This document shows, piece after piece, positions 37,293-47,561 of a stretch of 64,000 bases of DNA (position 1 is its first letter; each line of letters starts with the position of its first letter). The stretch comes from Minisyncoccota bacterium (GTDB lineage: Bacteria; Patescibacteriota; Minisyncoccia; Phycocordibacterales; UBA9973), in the NCBI GenBank assembly GCA_041648595.1, contig JBAZOQ010000003.1, forward strand, positions 1,042 through 65,041, in the 5' to 3' direction. A model generated the notes under the pieces. The model had not been told where the DNA came from. It worked only from the letters and a program-made list of their open reading frames with translations, and ran no database searches. Made by a program: the position numbers and the translations under genes.

Positions 37293-37751
37293 TTAAGTGG
37301 CAATATAAACCTCCAACTTTTCAATAATACCATGATCTTTCTTCCCTCTTGTATTAATACGATATCCGTCTTTTACACTAAATCTATATGCTTTCAAAAA
37401 ACTCTTTGGTGTTAAAGTAAGAGTATCTCTGTTTTTATACTGAACCAACTCTAAAAAATCATTAATTATTTTATCTCTTATTAATATATTTTTTGAAGCA
37501 AACCCAACCTTCTTACCCTCAAACTCAAATTCATGTTCTTTTTCGTTGATTAAAGAAAATCCCCTAGATTCAAAAAGATTTTTAAATTCTTCCCATCTAT
37601 CATTAACAAACTCATCTTCTATTAAAAGATCAATGTCTTCAAAATCCTTAAAATTACCAAGATAATTAGCCACACCAAACGAACCATAAATTACTGGTTT
37701 TATATTTAACTCTTTTAGTATTTCTAAAATTTTAGATAAAAATTCATTCAT
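37293..37751 (-). CDS. Minimal nucleotidyltransferase-fold protein
   Basis: YGSFGVANYLGNFKDFEDIDLLI (GS…DxD). Confidence 0.45.
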   Translation of the reverse strand: MNEFLSKILEILKELNIKPVIYGSFGVANYLGNFKDFEDIDLLIEDEFVNDRWEEFKNLFESRGFSLINEKEHEFEFEGKKVGFASKNILIRDKIINDFLELVQYKNRDTLTLTPKSFLKAYRFSVKDGYRINTRGKKDHGIIEKLEVYIAT

Positions 37752-37777
37752 AAATTATCTTTTTATAGTTGTTGTGA

Positions 37778-38269
37778 TTATTTTTTAAATTCATTAAACA
37801 CCATAATATCTCTTAGTGAGCTATCTTGCGGCACCTTTTTATATTCTGCCTTAATTCTTTTCAAGGCTGTTTCTATTTTTATTTCTATCGGTTTCGTTCC
37901 GACATTCAATTCTGCATCAGTAAGTTTCAATTTTTTCTGCCTACCTTTTGTTTTTGCCATATAGTATGTTATGTGTAAAACATATTCTTTTCTAATATTT
38001 TCTATGAAACCAATACATTTTATATTATTAATTTCATAGCCTGTTTCTTCTAATATTTCACGTTTTATCGCCTTGATATTGCTTTCATTCTTCTCCACAG
38101 TTCCACCAGGCAATTTTAATATATGCTTTATTCCATAACCATCTTCTTCTATGCAAACTAACGTATCCTTGTCTTTATAAATTAAACCTCTAACTTTCTT
38201 ACGAATTGAAAGTTTAGCTATCTTCTCTCTAAAAAAATTATGTTCATTTATAATTCCAATTTTTTTCAT
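37778..38269 (-). CDS. NUDIX hydrolase
   Basis: Nudix box GGTVEKNESNIKAIKREILEETGYE. Confidence 0.75.
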   Translation of the reverse strand: MKKIGIINEHNFFREKIAKLSIRKKVRGLIYKDKDTLVCIEEDGYGIKHILKLPGGTVEKNESNIKAIKREILEETGYEINNIKCIGFIENIRKEYVLHITYYMAKTKGRQKKLKLTDAELNVGTKPIEIKIETALKRIKAEYKKVPQDSSLRDIMVFNEFKK

Positions 38270-38730
38270 ATAATATTTTTTAACTCAGACAATGTTTCTA
38301 TTATAAAAGTCGGAATACCAGTTTCATCATTGGGTAATTCATTAGCAAAAGGTCCAGCTTGTAGCCAAGCTGTCGGGTGACCATTTTTATTTCCATATTT
38401 AATACTTTTTACTATTCTGTCATCCACAAATAATATTTCGTCTCTTGATACATTTATTTTTTTTACTAAGTTGTCCAACATCTCATCTTTTTCTTTAACG
38501 TCAGACACTTCTAGCATATCAAGATATCTACCCAACGATGAATTTTCTATTTGTTTTTTTCTTTCTTCTACGCTATCTCCAGTGAGGGGTCGCGCCAAAG
38601 AAGCAACGCACATTTTATAACCTTTTTGTTTGCAATATAATAAAACATCTTCTGAATCAGAAATTTCTTTTTTATTATCAACATCATATAAAGTTCTTCC
38701 CCAATCAAAAATTATTGCTTTTATATTCAT
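38266..38730 (-). CDS. HAD-like hydrolase (degenerate motif I)
   Basis: N-terminal IIFDWGRTLYD, later LFVDDR. Confidence 0.4.
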   Translation of the reverse strand: MNIKAIIFDWGRTLYDVDNKKEISDSEDVLLYCKQKGYKMCVASLARPLTGDSVEERKKQIENSSLGRYLDMLEVSDVKEKDEMLDNLVKKINVSRDEILFVDDRIVKSIKYGNKNGHPTAWLQAGPFANELPNDETGIPTFIIETLSELKNII

Positions 38731-38735
38731 AGAAT

Positions 38736-39623
38736 TTAAAATAATTCCTTAAACATTTTGTATCCCTTCTTAAACTTACCACGTCCTCCTTGAAATGGGG
38801 AAATCATTGTCCAAAGAGGGATTCTTTTATAATACATCATTGACCGTTTTAAAAAATCTTTGTCTTTATGACCTTTGTAATTTTTATACACTTCTAGGGT
38901 AAATTTCTCTCCATAATCCCACATTTCAGTAAAATCTCTCGCTGGATCATCTATTTTTCTATCAGAAAAATCTATAATCCCTGAAATATATTTTTTATTT
39001 TTTCCCAGAAGTATGTGTTTGGAATAAAGATCGTTATGCATAAGCACTTTTTGGGGAAATTTTAAATAATTTTTAAATTCTTTTAAATAGTCATTTATCA
39101 AAAGCTGATCTTTTTTTGAAACTCTTGGAAAAATGTATTTATTTGTGTTGATTATTAACTCTTTATATTGTTTTTGGCTATTTACTTTTTTGATATCAAA
39201 TCGTTCGGCAACCTTAAGGGGGGTTTCATGCAAAGAAGAAAGAAGGTCCGCAATTTGTTTAGCAAGCGTATGTTTTGCTTTAGTGGACACCAACTTAAAC
39301 ACTTTTTTCCTTAACTGTATTCCGGGAATCAGAGAATACCCAGCAAAACTTTTATCTTTTGCAATATAAGTATATTGAGGAATAGAAATACTAACTTTTT
39401 CCTTTAAATACTCAAGCAGGAGTATTTCTTTTTTTAATGCCTTTAAATATTGCTTGGCTCTAGGAAAACGAAAAACATATTTATTATCCAAAATAATTAC
39501 ATAATGATCCCATCCTTCTATATTATGCTCCACCTTGTCCCATTTTAGATTAGGAAATTCTTTGTGTATTTTGTTTAATAATTTTCTTTTTTCCATAATT
39601 TTTTTTATTTTAAAAACACCCAT
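38736..39623 (-). CDS. Aminoglycoside-phosphotransferase/choline-kinase-family small-molecule kinase
   Basis: Catalytic-loop HNDLYSKHILL and IIDFSD (APH Brenner/DFG-like motifs). Confidence 0.65.
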   Translation of the reverse strand: MGVFKIKKIMEKRKLLNKIHKEFPNLKWDKVEHNIEGWDHYVIILDNKYVFRFPRAKQYLKALKKEILLLEYLKEKVSISIPQYTYIAKDKSFAGYSLIPGIQLRKKVFKLVSTKAKHTLAKQIADLLSSLHETPLKVAERFDIKKVNSQKQYKELIINTNKYIFPRVSKKDQLLINDYLKEFKNYLKFPQKVLMHNDLYSKHILLGKNKKYISGIIDFSDRKIDDPARDFTEMWDYGEKFTLEVYKNYKGHKDKDFLKRSMMYYKRIPLWTMISPFQGGRGKFKKGYKMFKELF

Positions 39624-40042
39624 TTCTTCATTAATTTTCTTGCTTCTTCTGTAAATTTATTTGGGTCTAGATTATATTTAGAAGCAATAAATTTCAATTT
39701 CTCAATTTTTTTTGGATTACGAACTTCTTTTAATTTTACATTCTTATCAATTTTTCTTCCTAAAACTCTATAAAATCCATAACGTAAAGAATATTTTGGA
39801 AACATATACAAAAGTCCTACATAAAAATTAGTTTTACTGAGTGGAAATTCTATATCGGTATGCCCAGACCAGTGTGCTCTAGTGTAAGTATAGGCGACAT
39901 CCGATAATTCACTCCATTTATTTATTAACCCCTCCGCTTCTTCAAGTTCTCGCAGTTCTTCCAAAACATCGGCTTGATGCCAATAATAATCTTTTATTGG
40001 CATGTCTAAAATTGAATGCCATTTGTTAATAATTGTTTTCAT
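39605..40042 (-). CDS. Hypothetical protein
   Basis: 145 aa ORF overlapping the downstream gene by 19 nt. Confidence 0.3.
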   Translation of the reverse strand: MKTIINKWHSILDMPIKDYYWHQADVLEELRELEEAEGLINKWSELSDVAYTYTRAHWSGHTDIEFPLSKTNFYVGLLYMFPKYSLRYGFYRVLGRKIDKNVKLKEVRNPKKIEKLKFIASKYNLDPNKFTEEARKLMKKWVFLK

Positions 40043-40045
40043 ATT

Positions 40046-40492
40046 TTAATTGTGTATATCTATATATCTAACTTTATCAGAGATAATATTTCCTTTTTTA
40101 AAATCTTCCCATAAACCATTGGGTTTGATGGGCGTTGTCCCAGCAGGCTCCAACCAACACACTTCTGCAATTTCATGTGCATGTGTAGTTTTAAGATGCC
40201 CGATATTTAAATAATCTTTTCCATTAGTAATTTCAAAGAAAAATTCAACAGACTGTCTTATCTCTCCATCCATAAAATTATTTATATAAAGCAATCTCCC
40301 AATTTCAGGAATAACCCCAAGCTCTTCAACCATTTCACGCCTTAAACATTCTTTTATATCTTCTTTCCACTCAACATGCCCACCAGGCAAAGCACAAAAA
40401 CTCGTGTCATGTGGATGCTTCACACCCAAAAGCTTACCTTCATAAATAATAATACCCCTTGTTCTAACAACAAATTTTTTATCTTTTTCCAT
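40046..40492 (-). CDS. NUDIX hydrolase (paralog of 10350..10826)
   Basis: GGHVEWKEDIKECLRREMVEELGV; near-collinear similarity to the island NUDIX. Confidence 0.75.
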   Translation of the reverse strand: MEKDKKFVVRTRGIIIYEGKLLGVKHPHDTSFCALPGGHVEWKEDIKECLRREMVEELGVIPEIGRLLYINNFMDGEIRQSVEFFFEITNGKDYLNIGHLKTTHAHEIAEVCWLEPAGTTPIKPNGLWEDFKKGNIISDKVRYIDIHN

Positions 40493-40496
40493 AAAA

Positions 40497-42044
40497 TTAT
40501 TTCTTTTCTTTAGGAGAAACCTCGTCGTCCCCTCCTTCTAATAATTCTAACCCTTTCACTGGACCAAAAGCGTTATTACCTAATTTCCCTTGTATTGATC
40601 CTACAATATTTGCAGTTCCAATAAATATTTTTTCCACTTGCGCATCTCTAACTTTCCAAGATTTTTCAAAAGCTACCCTTTCCTTTGTAATTTGATCTTT
40701 CATTTCTTTATAAGTTTCAACCATTGATTCAACTTGCTGTCTAAATTCATGACTAGTTACATATCCATATAATGTTTCAGCTAAAGTTCCTTGTTTTTCA
40801 GCTTGTGCATTAACTAAAGCAACCTCCAACAGCTGTCTCCTTAATACATGTGAGACAGAGATAGCTAAGGATGGTTTACAAATCCAAACTCCATCCTTAT
40901 TTCCGAAACCTGAAACAGCTTCATCTGGTAATACCATACTTACAATAACTGGAATATGTGCAGCCTCAGCTCTTAAATTTACTTTCAATTTAGGAATCCA
41001 ATCCTTGCCCCAATTTTGCACCCTTTTAGATTCCCATAGTATCACTCCACAAACCTTTCCCGAATTTGATCTTACTTTTTGTCTTACATCTGCCCCCTTA
41101 ACTCCTTTTCCGACTGGTTCGATAATATCTTGCGGAAATGCCTCCTTTAAACTAGCCTCTAGGTCCAATTCTTGCACCTCTCCTTGAAGTTGTTGCGATC
41201 CTTGTTCTGCTTTCCTTTTTGCATCATTTAACTGAGTAATCAAGTCAGCCATTTTCTTTTCACTTTCAAGTTCACGGAAATGATATTCGTCACCTATACG
41301 CTTACTTACTTCATTTTCAATTTTACCCTTTTCTTCTGAAATTTTCCTAGCGACTTCAAGCTCTTGAGTTTTCATTTTTTCATCCAACTCTCTTTCTTTA
41401 TTTAATAGAGATAACTCACGTTTCTGAGCCTCCTTTAGCTTTGCATTTTTTTCTGCAACTTGTTCTTCTAATATTTTTTTTTCTGCTTCTTTCTCTTTTT
41501 CAACATCTTCTAATTTTTTCTGTAATTTTATTGTATCAGTTCCATTTTGTTTAATGGCACGAGTAAAAGCCTCTTCTTCTATACCCTTACGCTCAGCATC
41601 AATTATTTTAGCCTTTTCCAATTCAAAACCCTTTCTCTCTTCTTCAAGTTTTTTTCTTTCCGCGCGAGCCTCAAGAGATTCAGCAGTTGCTTTTTCTAAT
41701 TTCTTATCCTTCTCTTTCATCTGATCCTCTAAAAGTTTAATTTCAGCAGCAGTTTGTTTTTCAGCGGCCACTTGTGCATCTTTCCATAATGCCCTTTTTT
41801 CTATTACAATTTTTTCCGCTACCTTCTTATTTATTTCACTTTGGGCATTTTTCTGCGATTCCTCCAGTTTTGCTTTTTCTTCTGCTATTTCTTTTTTCTC
41901 TTTTGCCATTTCAGCTTCTTTAAGCTTATTCTCTTCACTAATTTCTTTTTTTAGGTTTTCTTCAATTTGATGTGTCAATACATCATCAATTGATATTGCT
42001 GCTTTGCAGTTGGGGCATATAATATTTTTTGTGTCGTTTTTCAT
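40497..42044 (-). CDS. Zn-ribbon + long coiled-coil protein (DUF2130-like architecture)
   Basis: N-terminal CPNCKAAISIDD, ~250 aa E/K-rich coiled coil, conserved C-terminal globular domain. Confidence 0.45.
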   Translation of the reverse strand: MKNDTKNIICPNCKAAISIDDVLTHQIEENLKKEISEENKLKEAEMAKEKKEIAEEKAKLEESQKNAQSEINKKVAEKIVIEKRALWKDAQVAAEKQTAAEIKLLEDQMKEKDKKLEKATAESLEARAERKKLEEERKGFELEKAKIIDAERKGIEEEAFTRAIKQNGTDTIKLQKKLEDVEKEKEAEKKILEEQVAEKNAKLKEAQKRELSLLNKERELDEKMKTQELEVARKISEEKGKIENEVSKRIGDEYHFRELESEKKMADLITQLNDAKRKAEQGSQQLQGEVQELDLEASLKEAFPQDIIEPVGKGVKGADVRQKVRSNSGKVCGVILWESKRVQNWGKDWIPKLKVNLRAEAAHIPVIVSMVLPDEAVSGFGNKDGVWICKPSLAISVSHVLRRQLLEVALVNAQAEKQGTLAETLYGYVTSHEFRQQVESMVETYKEMKDQITKERVAFEKSWKVRDAQVEKIFIGTANIVGSIQGKLGNNAFGPVKGLELLEGGDDEVSPKEKK

Positions 42045-42070
42045 ATTTTTTTATTTTATAAATAATTTTT

Positions 42071-45000
42071 TTAAACAGATTTTGTCCCCCTACAATATGG
42101 AAATTTTGAACAACCATAAAACTGTCCTCTTTTACCTTTTCGAAGAATCATTTTTGAACCACAACGCGGACAATCTTTATCAGAAAGAATTGGTGCTGGT
42201 TTATTGTCTCTATAATTCCTAGATAAACTTTTACAAGGCTTACAAAAACGTCCATAACCACGAATTAAAGTTGGGTCTTTAAAATCAACCAAATCTCTTA
42301 TTTCATGACATTTTGGACACTCTTTTTTTTCTCCATTTTGTAGCCCTTGAATGGTGTTTTGAATACCATTCAATACAGAATTATTTGATGAACGATAATT
42401 TTTTAATAAACTAGTAATTCTTTCATTTAGTGTTATAACAGGGTTAGATCCAATGTTAAATTTATTAATTCGTAAGAATTTATACCCATAACTTTCTAAA
42501 ACTTTCTGACGATACACATCATCTTCGGAATAATAATCTGCATAATTAAACTCATTCACTTGATCAATATCACTAAAATGTTCTGTAAATCCATCATATT
42601 CAATGATAATCTTGTGCTCATTTTGATTTTCATCCTTGTACACGAGCAAGAAATCAACTTTATAATGAGGATGTTTGTAGGTTCGATCAAGTTGCTTAAG
42701 ATACTTTCCAATTTCAAATTGTGGAAAAAACTCAATACTCTCTTTATTATTCTTCCAAAAATCAGTGTCATAAAACCACTTTAAAACCCTCGGTTCCATT
42801 TTTGAGTTTTGGTCCACCTCAGAAACTTCATGTTCTTTCTTTGCTTCCTCTAAAATAAAATTATAATGTCTTAAAGCATCACCAATTGAGCCATTAAATT
42901 TATCAAGTGATTTACTCAGCACAAAATGTATAGTTTCTTTTGCACGACTAAATCCAACATTGAGACGCTGAACTTTTATCTTTCCATCTTCTTCACTATC
43001 AATACTATTAAAATCTTTTATAAAAACACCCCACAATCGATCAGAGTTTTCACTAGCAACCATTGAATAGTAAATTATATCTCGTTCCTCTCCCTGACAA
43101 GTATCAAATGTCATTATCTTTAATTTTAGATTTTCAAAATAAAAATCTCGCTCAGGTAGTTTGCTAATTGCCTCCATAAGTAATTTTTGCTGATTGGTAT
43201 GAGGTGTAATTATACCAACACTTTGGGTTATGTTATTCTCGTGTAATATCTTTAATTGCTTAATGATAAAATCAATCTCGGCTCTATTACTATTTGCAAC
43301 TGGTTCATCCTTTCCGTCATAGTCAACAAAACTAAATTTAATAACATCGTCAATTTTTTTACCTCTAATCTTCATCACTTGAAGGCTGTCTTGATAAAAA
43401 TACTTATTTGAATAAGAAATAATTTCTTTATATCCACGAAAGTGTTTTAGGAGTTGTGTGTTGTAATTTGTTATAAATTCAAAAAACTCAAGTATTGAGG
43501 TCTTAATATCAAATTTCCCAAGCTTTACCATTTTAGAATCTTCTTCAGATACCTGATCACGAAATACTTGTGCTAAAGAATTTAAATATTCCCGATTTGT
43601 TTCAGATCGAGCTTGTGCTGCTTTAATGTTACTAAACTGTTTTCTATCACCAAGAATAAGGACTTTCTTTGCTCTGATCAAAGCTGGAAAGGCTTGTGCG
43701 ATACTTACCTGCGAGGCTTCATCAATAATAACCAAATCAAACAATCCTGCATGTAATGGAATATATTCTGCATAATCTCTAATACCAGCTAATATACAAG
43801 GAAAAGCCTCTTTAAGTTTAAGAAATTGTTCCTTTGGAAATTTCATTTTATTTTTAATAACTTCTCTTAGGGTTTCTGCATCTGCTTTGTTGTTATTATA
43901 GAAATTAATGAGACGACTATCTAAAACATGAGTGACTTGTGTAGTAACTAAGGTTTCTAACTCTTTCTTTTGCCCCACATAACTTAAAGTTGGAATTGCC
44001 CCAAATTTAGAAACCAAAGAATTTTTTAAGATTGCGTAACGTGTTGCTTTATCAAAATCTAAGCTAGTCATAGTGACAAGTCTACTATTCAACATGTCTG
44101 AAAAATTTCCTTTTGAGATTTTTAACTTCTCTATTGAATTAGGGTAAGAATCGAATTCTGGGACAAGTGACAAGAAATCTTTTTCAACAGAGGATATTTT
44201 TTCTTTGTTTTCAGTAAAATCATTGCCAGTTGAAATTAGTTGGGAAAGAACTGAAATATGATCAACCTCCAAATGTGAAATAGTTTTCGTTTGATCTTTT
44301 AAGGCATTATAATAATCACAAATCTCTACAACTCGCTTAATATCATTTATATTTTCATGAGGATTTTGAAAATCTGCTAATGGAAATAGTTCTTTAAAAG
44401 AGTTATTTAAAACCTGAAGCTTGGAACCTCTAAATAAGTATCCAAAAATAGGCATCTTAGCCTCTTCGTAAAAACGAGACCATTTTTTAAGCTCACCTAA
44501 ATCTTTATGAGAAAAAACTTTAAAATGAGATAGTGCTTTAAAATCATGATTAAACCTAAGAGATACATCCTGTGTAATTTGATAAAAAGCTGTAAGAATA
44601 CTGAGTATTTCAAAAAACATATCCATACTTTTTAATGCTTTCAACTCTAAATTTAATATTCTTGAAAGAGAATCATTTTTAATGATATCTGGCAAAGATA
44701 AAAGTAAGGATCTTAAGTCATCAAAAAAGATAACTGCATTCTCGTTCTCAGATAGTTCATCTATATCAAAATCATATTCTTTAGAAGAATAAAATTCTTC
44801 TAAACCACAGAATTCATTAATTTCCTGTAAATCAATACTAGAATATGCTAAAGTTTCAGCTTCAATATCTTCTTTTAATGAATTTGAAATCTTTAAAATG
44901 TTTTCTTCAATAGCTAAATAATCTTTTTGAACTGCATGATGATGGGTTTTTATTTTTTCAATTGATGACTTTGCAAGAATCTGCCCATAAGTATTACCAG

Positions 45001-46723
45001 TCTTTCCAAGTCTCAAGATTGGATTTTGAAAGACTTCCCCATCATCAAGACGACGAACCCTATTCATAGTCTCGGTTATTTTATCTTCAACAACATCAAG
45101 AGCTTCCTTTTTATCAGAAAGAACAAGTACTGACTGATTCTTTAAAATTGCATCAAAAATAATTGCAGTAATTGTATGACTTTTACCAGTACCAGGTGGA
45201 CCCTCTACTGTTATATATTTACAACCTTCTTTTTTTATCGCTGATAAAATCTGAATCTGTTCGCTATTAAGCGGAATTGGGCTTTCGGAAACAAGTCTGT
45301 CGGGGGTTGATGTATCGTCCCATTCTTTTGTTACTTCAGGACTTACAGAAATAGGGTTTTTATGAATAAAATCATCAACTAATGTATTAAATATCTCAGC
45401 AAGTTCTCCGTCACCAGAGCTAAGCTGTTGCAATATTTCTTCATAGTCATTTACAAGGGCTTCGTCTGATTTATCAAACAATGAAAGATAAACTGAATTA
45501 GACGTTCTAACATTTAAGCTTTTTGCTTGTTGGTGATCCTTTGAGTCAAGATCGATATTTTTGTTAAGTCCAAAAAGATTTGTAATTTCATTAAGAATTT
45601 TTTCAAGTATACTATTAGCATTATCTGTCTCTTTAGATAAATAGATTATACGTTCAGTGATGCTTTTAAGACTACCTTTTGTACCTGTTTCCTTATTGTA
45701 TTCTTGCACAATAAACTCAATAGCTTTCTTGTTTATATATATCTGAGAATCAAATTCAATATAAAATACATCGTTATCTCTTCTGAGAGAGAAAGGTGTA
45801 TAAAAAATTGGATATTTTACTTTATTAAAACTAATGTCGCAGAAATAAAGATAAAATTCTTGTTTATCTAAAATTGCTCTGTTTTTATCAATCTCAAAAA
45901 GCTCACTGAATAAATCTCCAACTTGAAATGATTCAAAAAAACTTGTAATTGTATTTTTTGTATCACCCAAGTCTATAACTGATTTAAGTTCTTTTTGAAT
46001 ATTAATCTTCTGTTTAGAAACTAAAACTTTCAATAACTCAGAAACTTTATTCTCGATAAGATTCAAGAAAATTTCAGTCAATTCCTCTTCCATTAAAAAA
46101 ATATCATTCTCGTCACCTATACCAAGATTTTCAATAGATTTTTCAATACTGCCAACAAACGGAAGAACTAAAAAAGTTTTGATGTGTAATGAAGCTGCTT
46201 CAAGAGTTACAGATAAAGCCTTATCATATTCTTTTGAATAAAGAGCAACAGATTTTTCCAAGTCGTCTGTTATGGCGTTAATTAATTCATTTATTTGAGA
46301 ATTTTGGATTTTACCAACCTGTAAAGTTATAAGATCTAAAAGATTTTTTGGAAGATCGCTACGATATACCCCTTTACTTATTGTGCTTAATAAACTTTTA
46401 TTAAAACCGTGAGTAATTAACTTCCAAATTTCTTTTGTAAAAGATGGATATTTTGAAAGATTTATACCAACAAGCAAATTGTCATTGGTCCTATATTTAA
46501 CTGATCGTTTTGGATTTTTTCTCTTATGAAAATCGGTTTCAAGAAAATCCATGAAATATTTAGCAACTTCTTTAACAAAAGCAAGATTACCAATAACACT
46601 AGCTTCTGTCGTATTATTTTCTTGAGTATCAGTTTTCATATTATAACATTTGATATTAAACTCTAAAAAGTATAGCATTTTAGGCTTCATTTTGAAAGTG
46701 ATTTTTGAATAGTATTTTCCCAT
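42071..46723 (-). CDS. Giant SF1 (Upf1/DNA2-like) helicase fused to a DUF559/Vsr-like restriction-endonuclease-fold domain and C-terminal C4 topoisomerase-type zinc ribbons
   Basis: Walker A GPPGTGKSHT, Walker B VIIDEASQV, C-terminal …HKIIIEYDGFTEHF… (E-x-DG-x-x-H nuclease-like), CPKCHE…CKPC and CPRCGSKM…GCSKFPYCRG zinc ribbons; 1550 aa. Confidence 0.7.
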   Translation of the reverse strand: MGKYYSKITFKMKPKMLYFLEFNIKCYNMKTDTQENNTTEASVIGNLAFVKEVAKYFMDFLETDFHKRKNPKRSVKYRTNDNLLVGINLSKYPSFTKEIWKLITHGFNKSLLSTISKGVYRSDLPKNLLDLITLQVGKIQNSQINELINAITDDLEKSVALYSKEYDKALSVTLEAASLHIKTFLVLPFVGSIEKSIENLGIGDENDIFLMEEELTEIFLNLIENKVSELLKVLVSKQKINIQKELKSVIDLGDTKNTITSFFESFQVGDLFSELFEIDKNRAILDKQEFYLYFCDISFNKVKYPIFYTPFSLRRDNDVFYIEFDSQIYINKKAIEFIVQEYNKETGTKGSLKSITERIIYLSKETDNANSILEKILNEITNLFGLNKNIDLDSKDHQQAKSLNVRTSNSVYLSLFDKSDEALVNDYEEILQQLSSGDGELAEIFNTLVDDFIHKNPISVSPEVTKEWDDTSTPDRLVSESPIPLNSEQIQILSAIKKEGCKYITVEGPPGTGKSHTITAIIFDAILKNQSVLVLSDKKEALDVVEDKITETMNRVRRLDDGEVFQNPILRLGKTGNTYGQILAKSSIEKIKTHHHAVQKDYLAIEENILKISNSLKEDIEAETLAYSSIDLQEINEFCGLEEFYSSKEYDFDIDELSENENAVIFFDDLRSLLLSLPDIIKNDSLSRILNLELKALKSMDMFFEILSILTAFYQITQDVSLRFNHDFKALSHFKVFSHKDLGELKKWSRFYEEAKMPIFGYLFRGSKLQVLNNSFKELFPLADFQNPHENINDIKRVVEICDYYNALKDQTKTISHLEVDHISVLSQLISTGNDFTENKEKISSVEKDFLSLVPEFDSYPNSIEKLKISKGNFSDMLNSRLVTMTSLDFDKATRYAILKNSLVSKFGAIPTLSYVGQKKELETLVTTQVTHVLDSRLINFYNNNKADAETLREVIKNKMKFPKEQFLKLKEAFPCILAGIRDYAEYIPLHAGLFDLVIIDEASQVSIAQAFPALIRAKKVLILGDRKQFSNIKAAQARSETNREYLNSLAQVFRDQVSEEDSKMVKLGKFDIKTSILEFFEFITNYNTQLLKHFRGYKEIISYSNKYFYQDSLQVMKIRGKKIDDVIKFSFVDYDGKDEPVANSNRAEIDFIIKQLKILHENNITQSVGIITPHTNQQKLLMEAISKLPERDFYFENLKLKIMTFDTCQGEERDIIYYSMVASENSDRLWGVFIKDFNSIDSEEDGKIKVQRLNVGFSRAKETIHFVLSKSLDKFNGSIGDALRHYNFILEEAKKEHEVSEVDQNSKMEPRVLKWFYDTDFWKNNKESIEFFPQFEIGKYLKQLDRTYKHPHYKVDFLLVYKDENQNEHKIIIEYDGFTEHFSDIDQVNEFNYADYYSEDDVYRQKVLESYGYKFLRINKFNIGSNPVITLNERITSLLKNYRSSNNSVLNGIQNTIQGLQNGEKKECPKCHEIRDLVDFKDPTLIRGYGRFCKPCKSLSRNYRDNKPAPILSDKDCPRCGSKMILRKGKRGQFYGCSKFPYCRGTKSV

Positions 46724-46745
46724 TAAAAATAGTAAAATATGTCAA

Positions 46746-47561
46746 ATGCCAGAATTAACCGATATTACAGAGATAGATATATACAAAGAACCAATATATA
46801 GATTGTGTGATTTTTTATTACAAAAAAAGTATTCAACTGAGGGAAGAGGTCTTAACAGACCTTTCTCTTTTCGTGTTAATGAATTAGCTAACATTTTTGA
46901 ACATAGTGGTAACGAAGAAGAAGAAATGAAAAAAATCAAAACTGAATTATACGGATTAAGCACTGAAACTATTATGACCGAAAATGGAAAACAAAATGTT
47001 ATTGAAATACTCAATTTTGAAACTCTAGAATTATTTTTAGAAAACTTTAGAAATAATGTTGAAGTAAGAATTGGATGCACTAGTAAAAATTTGGAAATAT
47101 ATCAAAAAGAACTTAGAAAACGCACTGAAGCACTAAAAAGAAAATTGGGAGCTGTTTCAGTTGTTGCTATTACAAATGGTGGAGCTTCAATCTCTATTGG
47201 AGAAAAAACAATGGAGACATATAGAAGAAGTCTTCGCCTTCTTCCAATTGCACCATATCTTATACTTCTACTTGCGGGTGAAAGTATCCGACTTCCAAGA
47301 AGATTAATATCCATAGATTCTTTTTGCAAGAAATATCATACAGGAGATGCTGACTATAAAAGAGGTGATCCAGTTGATATTAATTTTCTTCAAAAAATCC
47401 TTACATATATCAGATATGGTTCTGGCTGGGAATCAGAAACACTTATTAAAAGAAAAGCAATTCTTGATTCATTAAATGGTCTAAATACAAAATCTCGCTT
47501 AGAAGAAAATTTTGAAACTGATATTTTTTCAGTAGAAAATAACGTTCGGTGGATTCTATAA
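46746..47561 (+). CDS. Hypothetical protein (first gene of the plus-strand integrated block)
   Basis: 271 aa ORF. Confidence 0.3.
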   Translation: MPELTDITEIDIYKEPIYRLCDFLLQKKYSTEGRGLNRPFSFRVNELANIFEHSGNEEEEMKKIKTELYGLSTETIMTENGKQNVIEILNFETLELFLENFRNNVEVRIGCTSKNLEIYQKELRKRTEALKRKLGAVSVVAITNGGASISIGEKTMETYRRSLRLLPIAPYLILLLAGESIRLPRRLISIDSFCKKYHTGDADYKRGDPVDINFLQKILTYIRYGSGWESETLIKRKAILDSLNGLNTKSRLEENFETDIFSVENNVRWIL

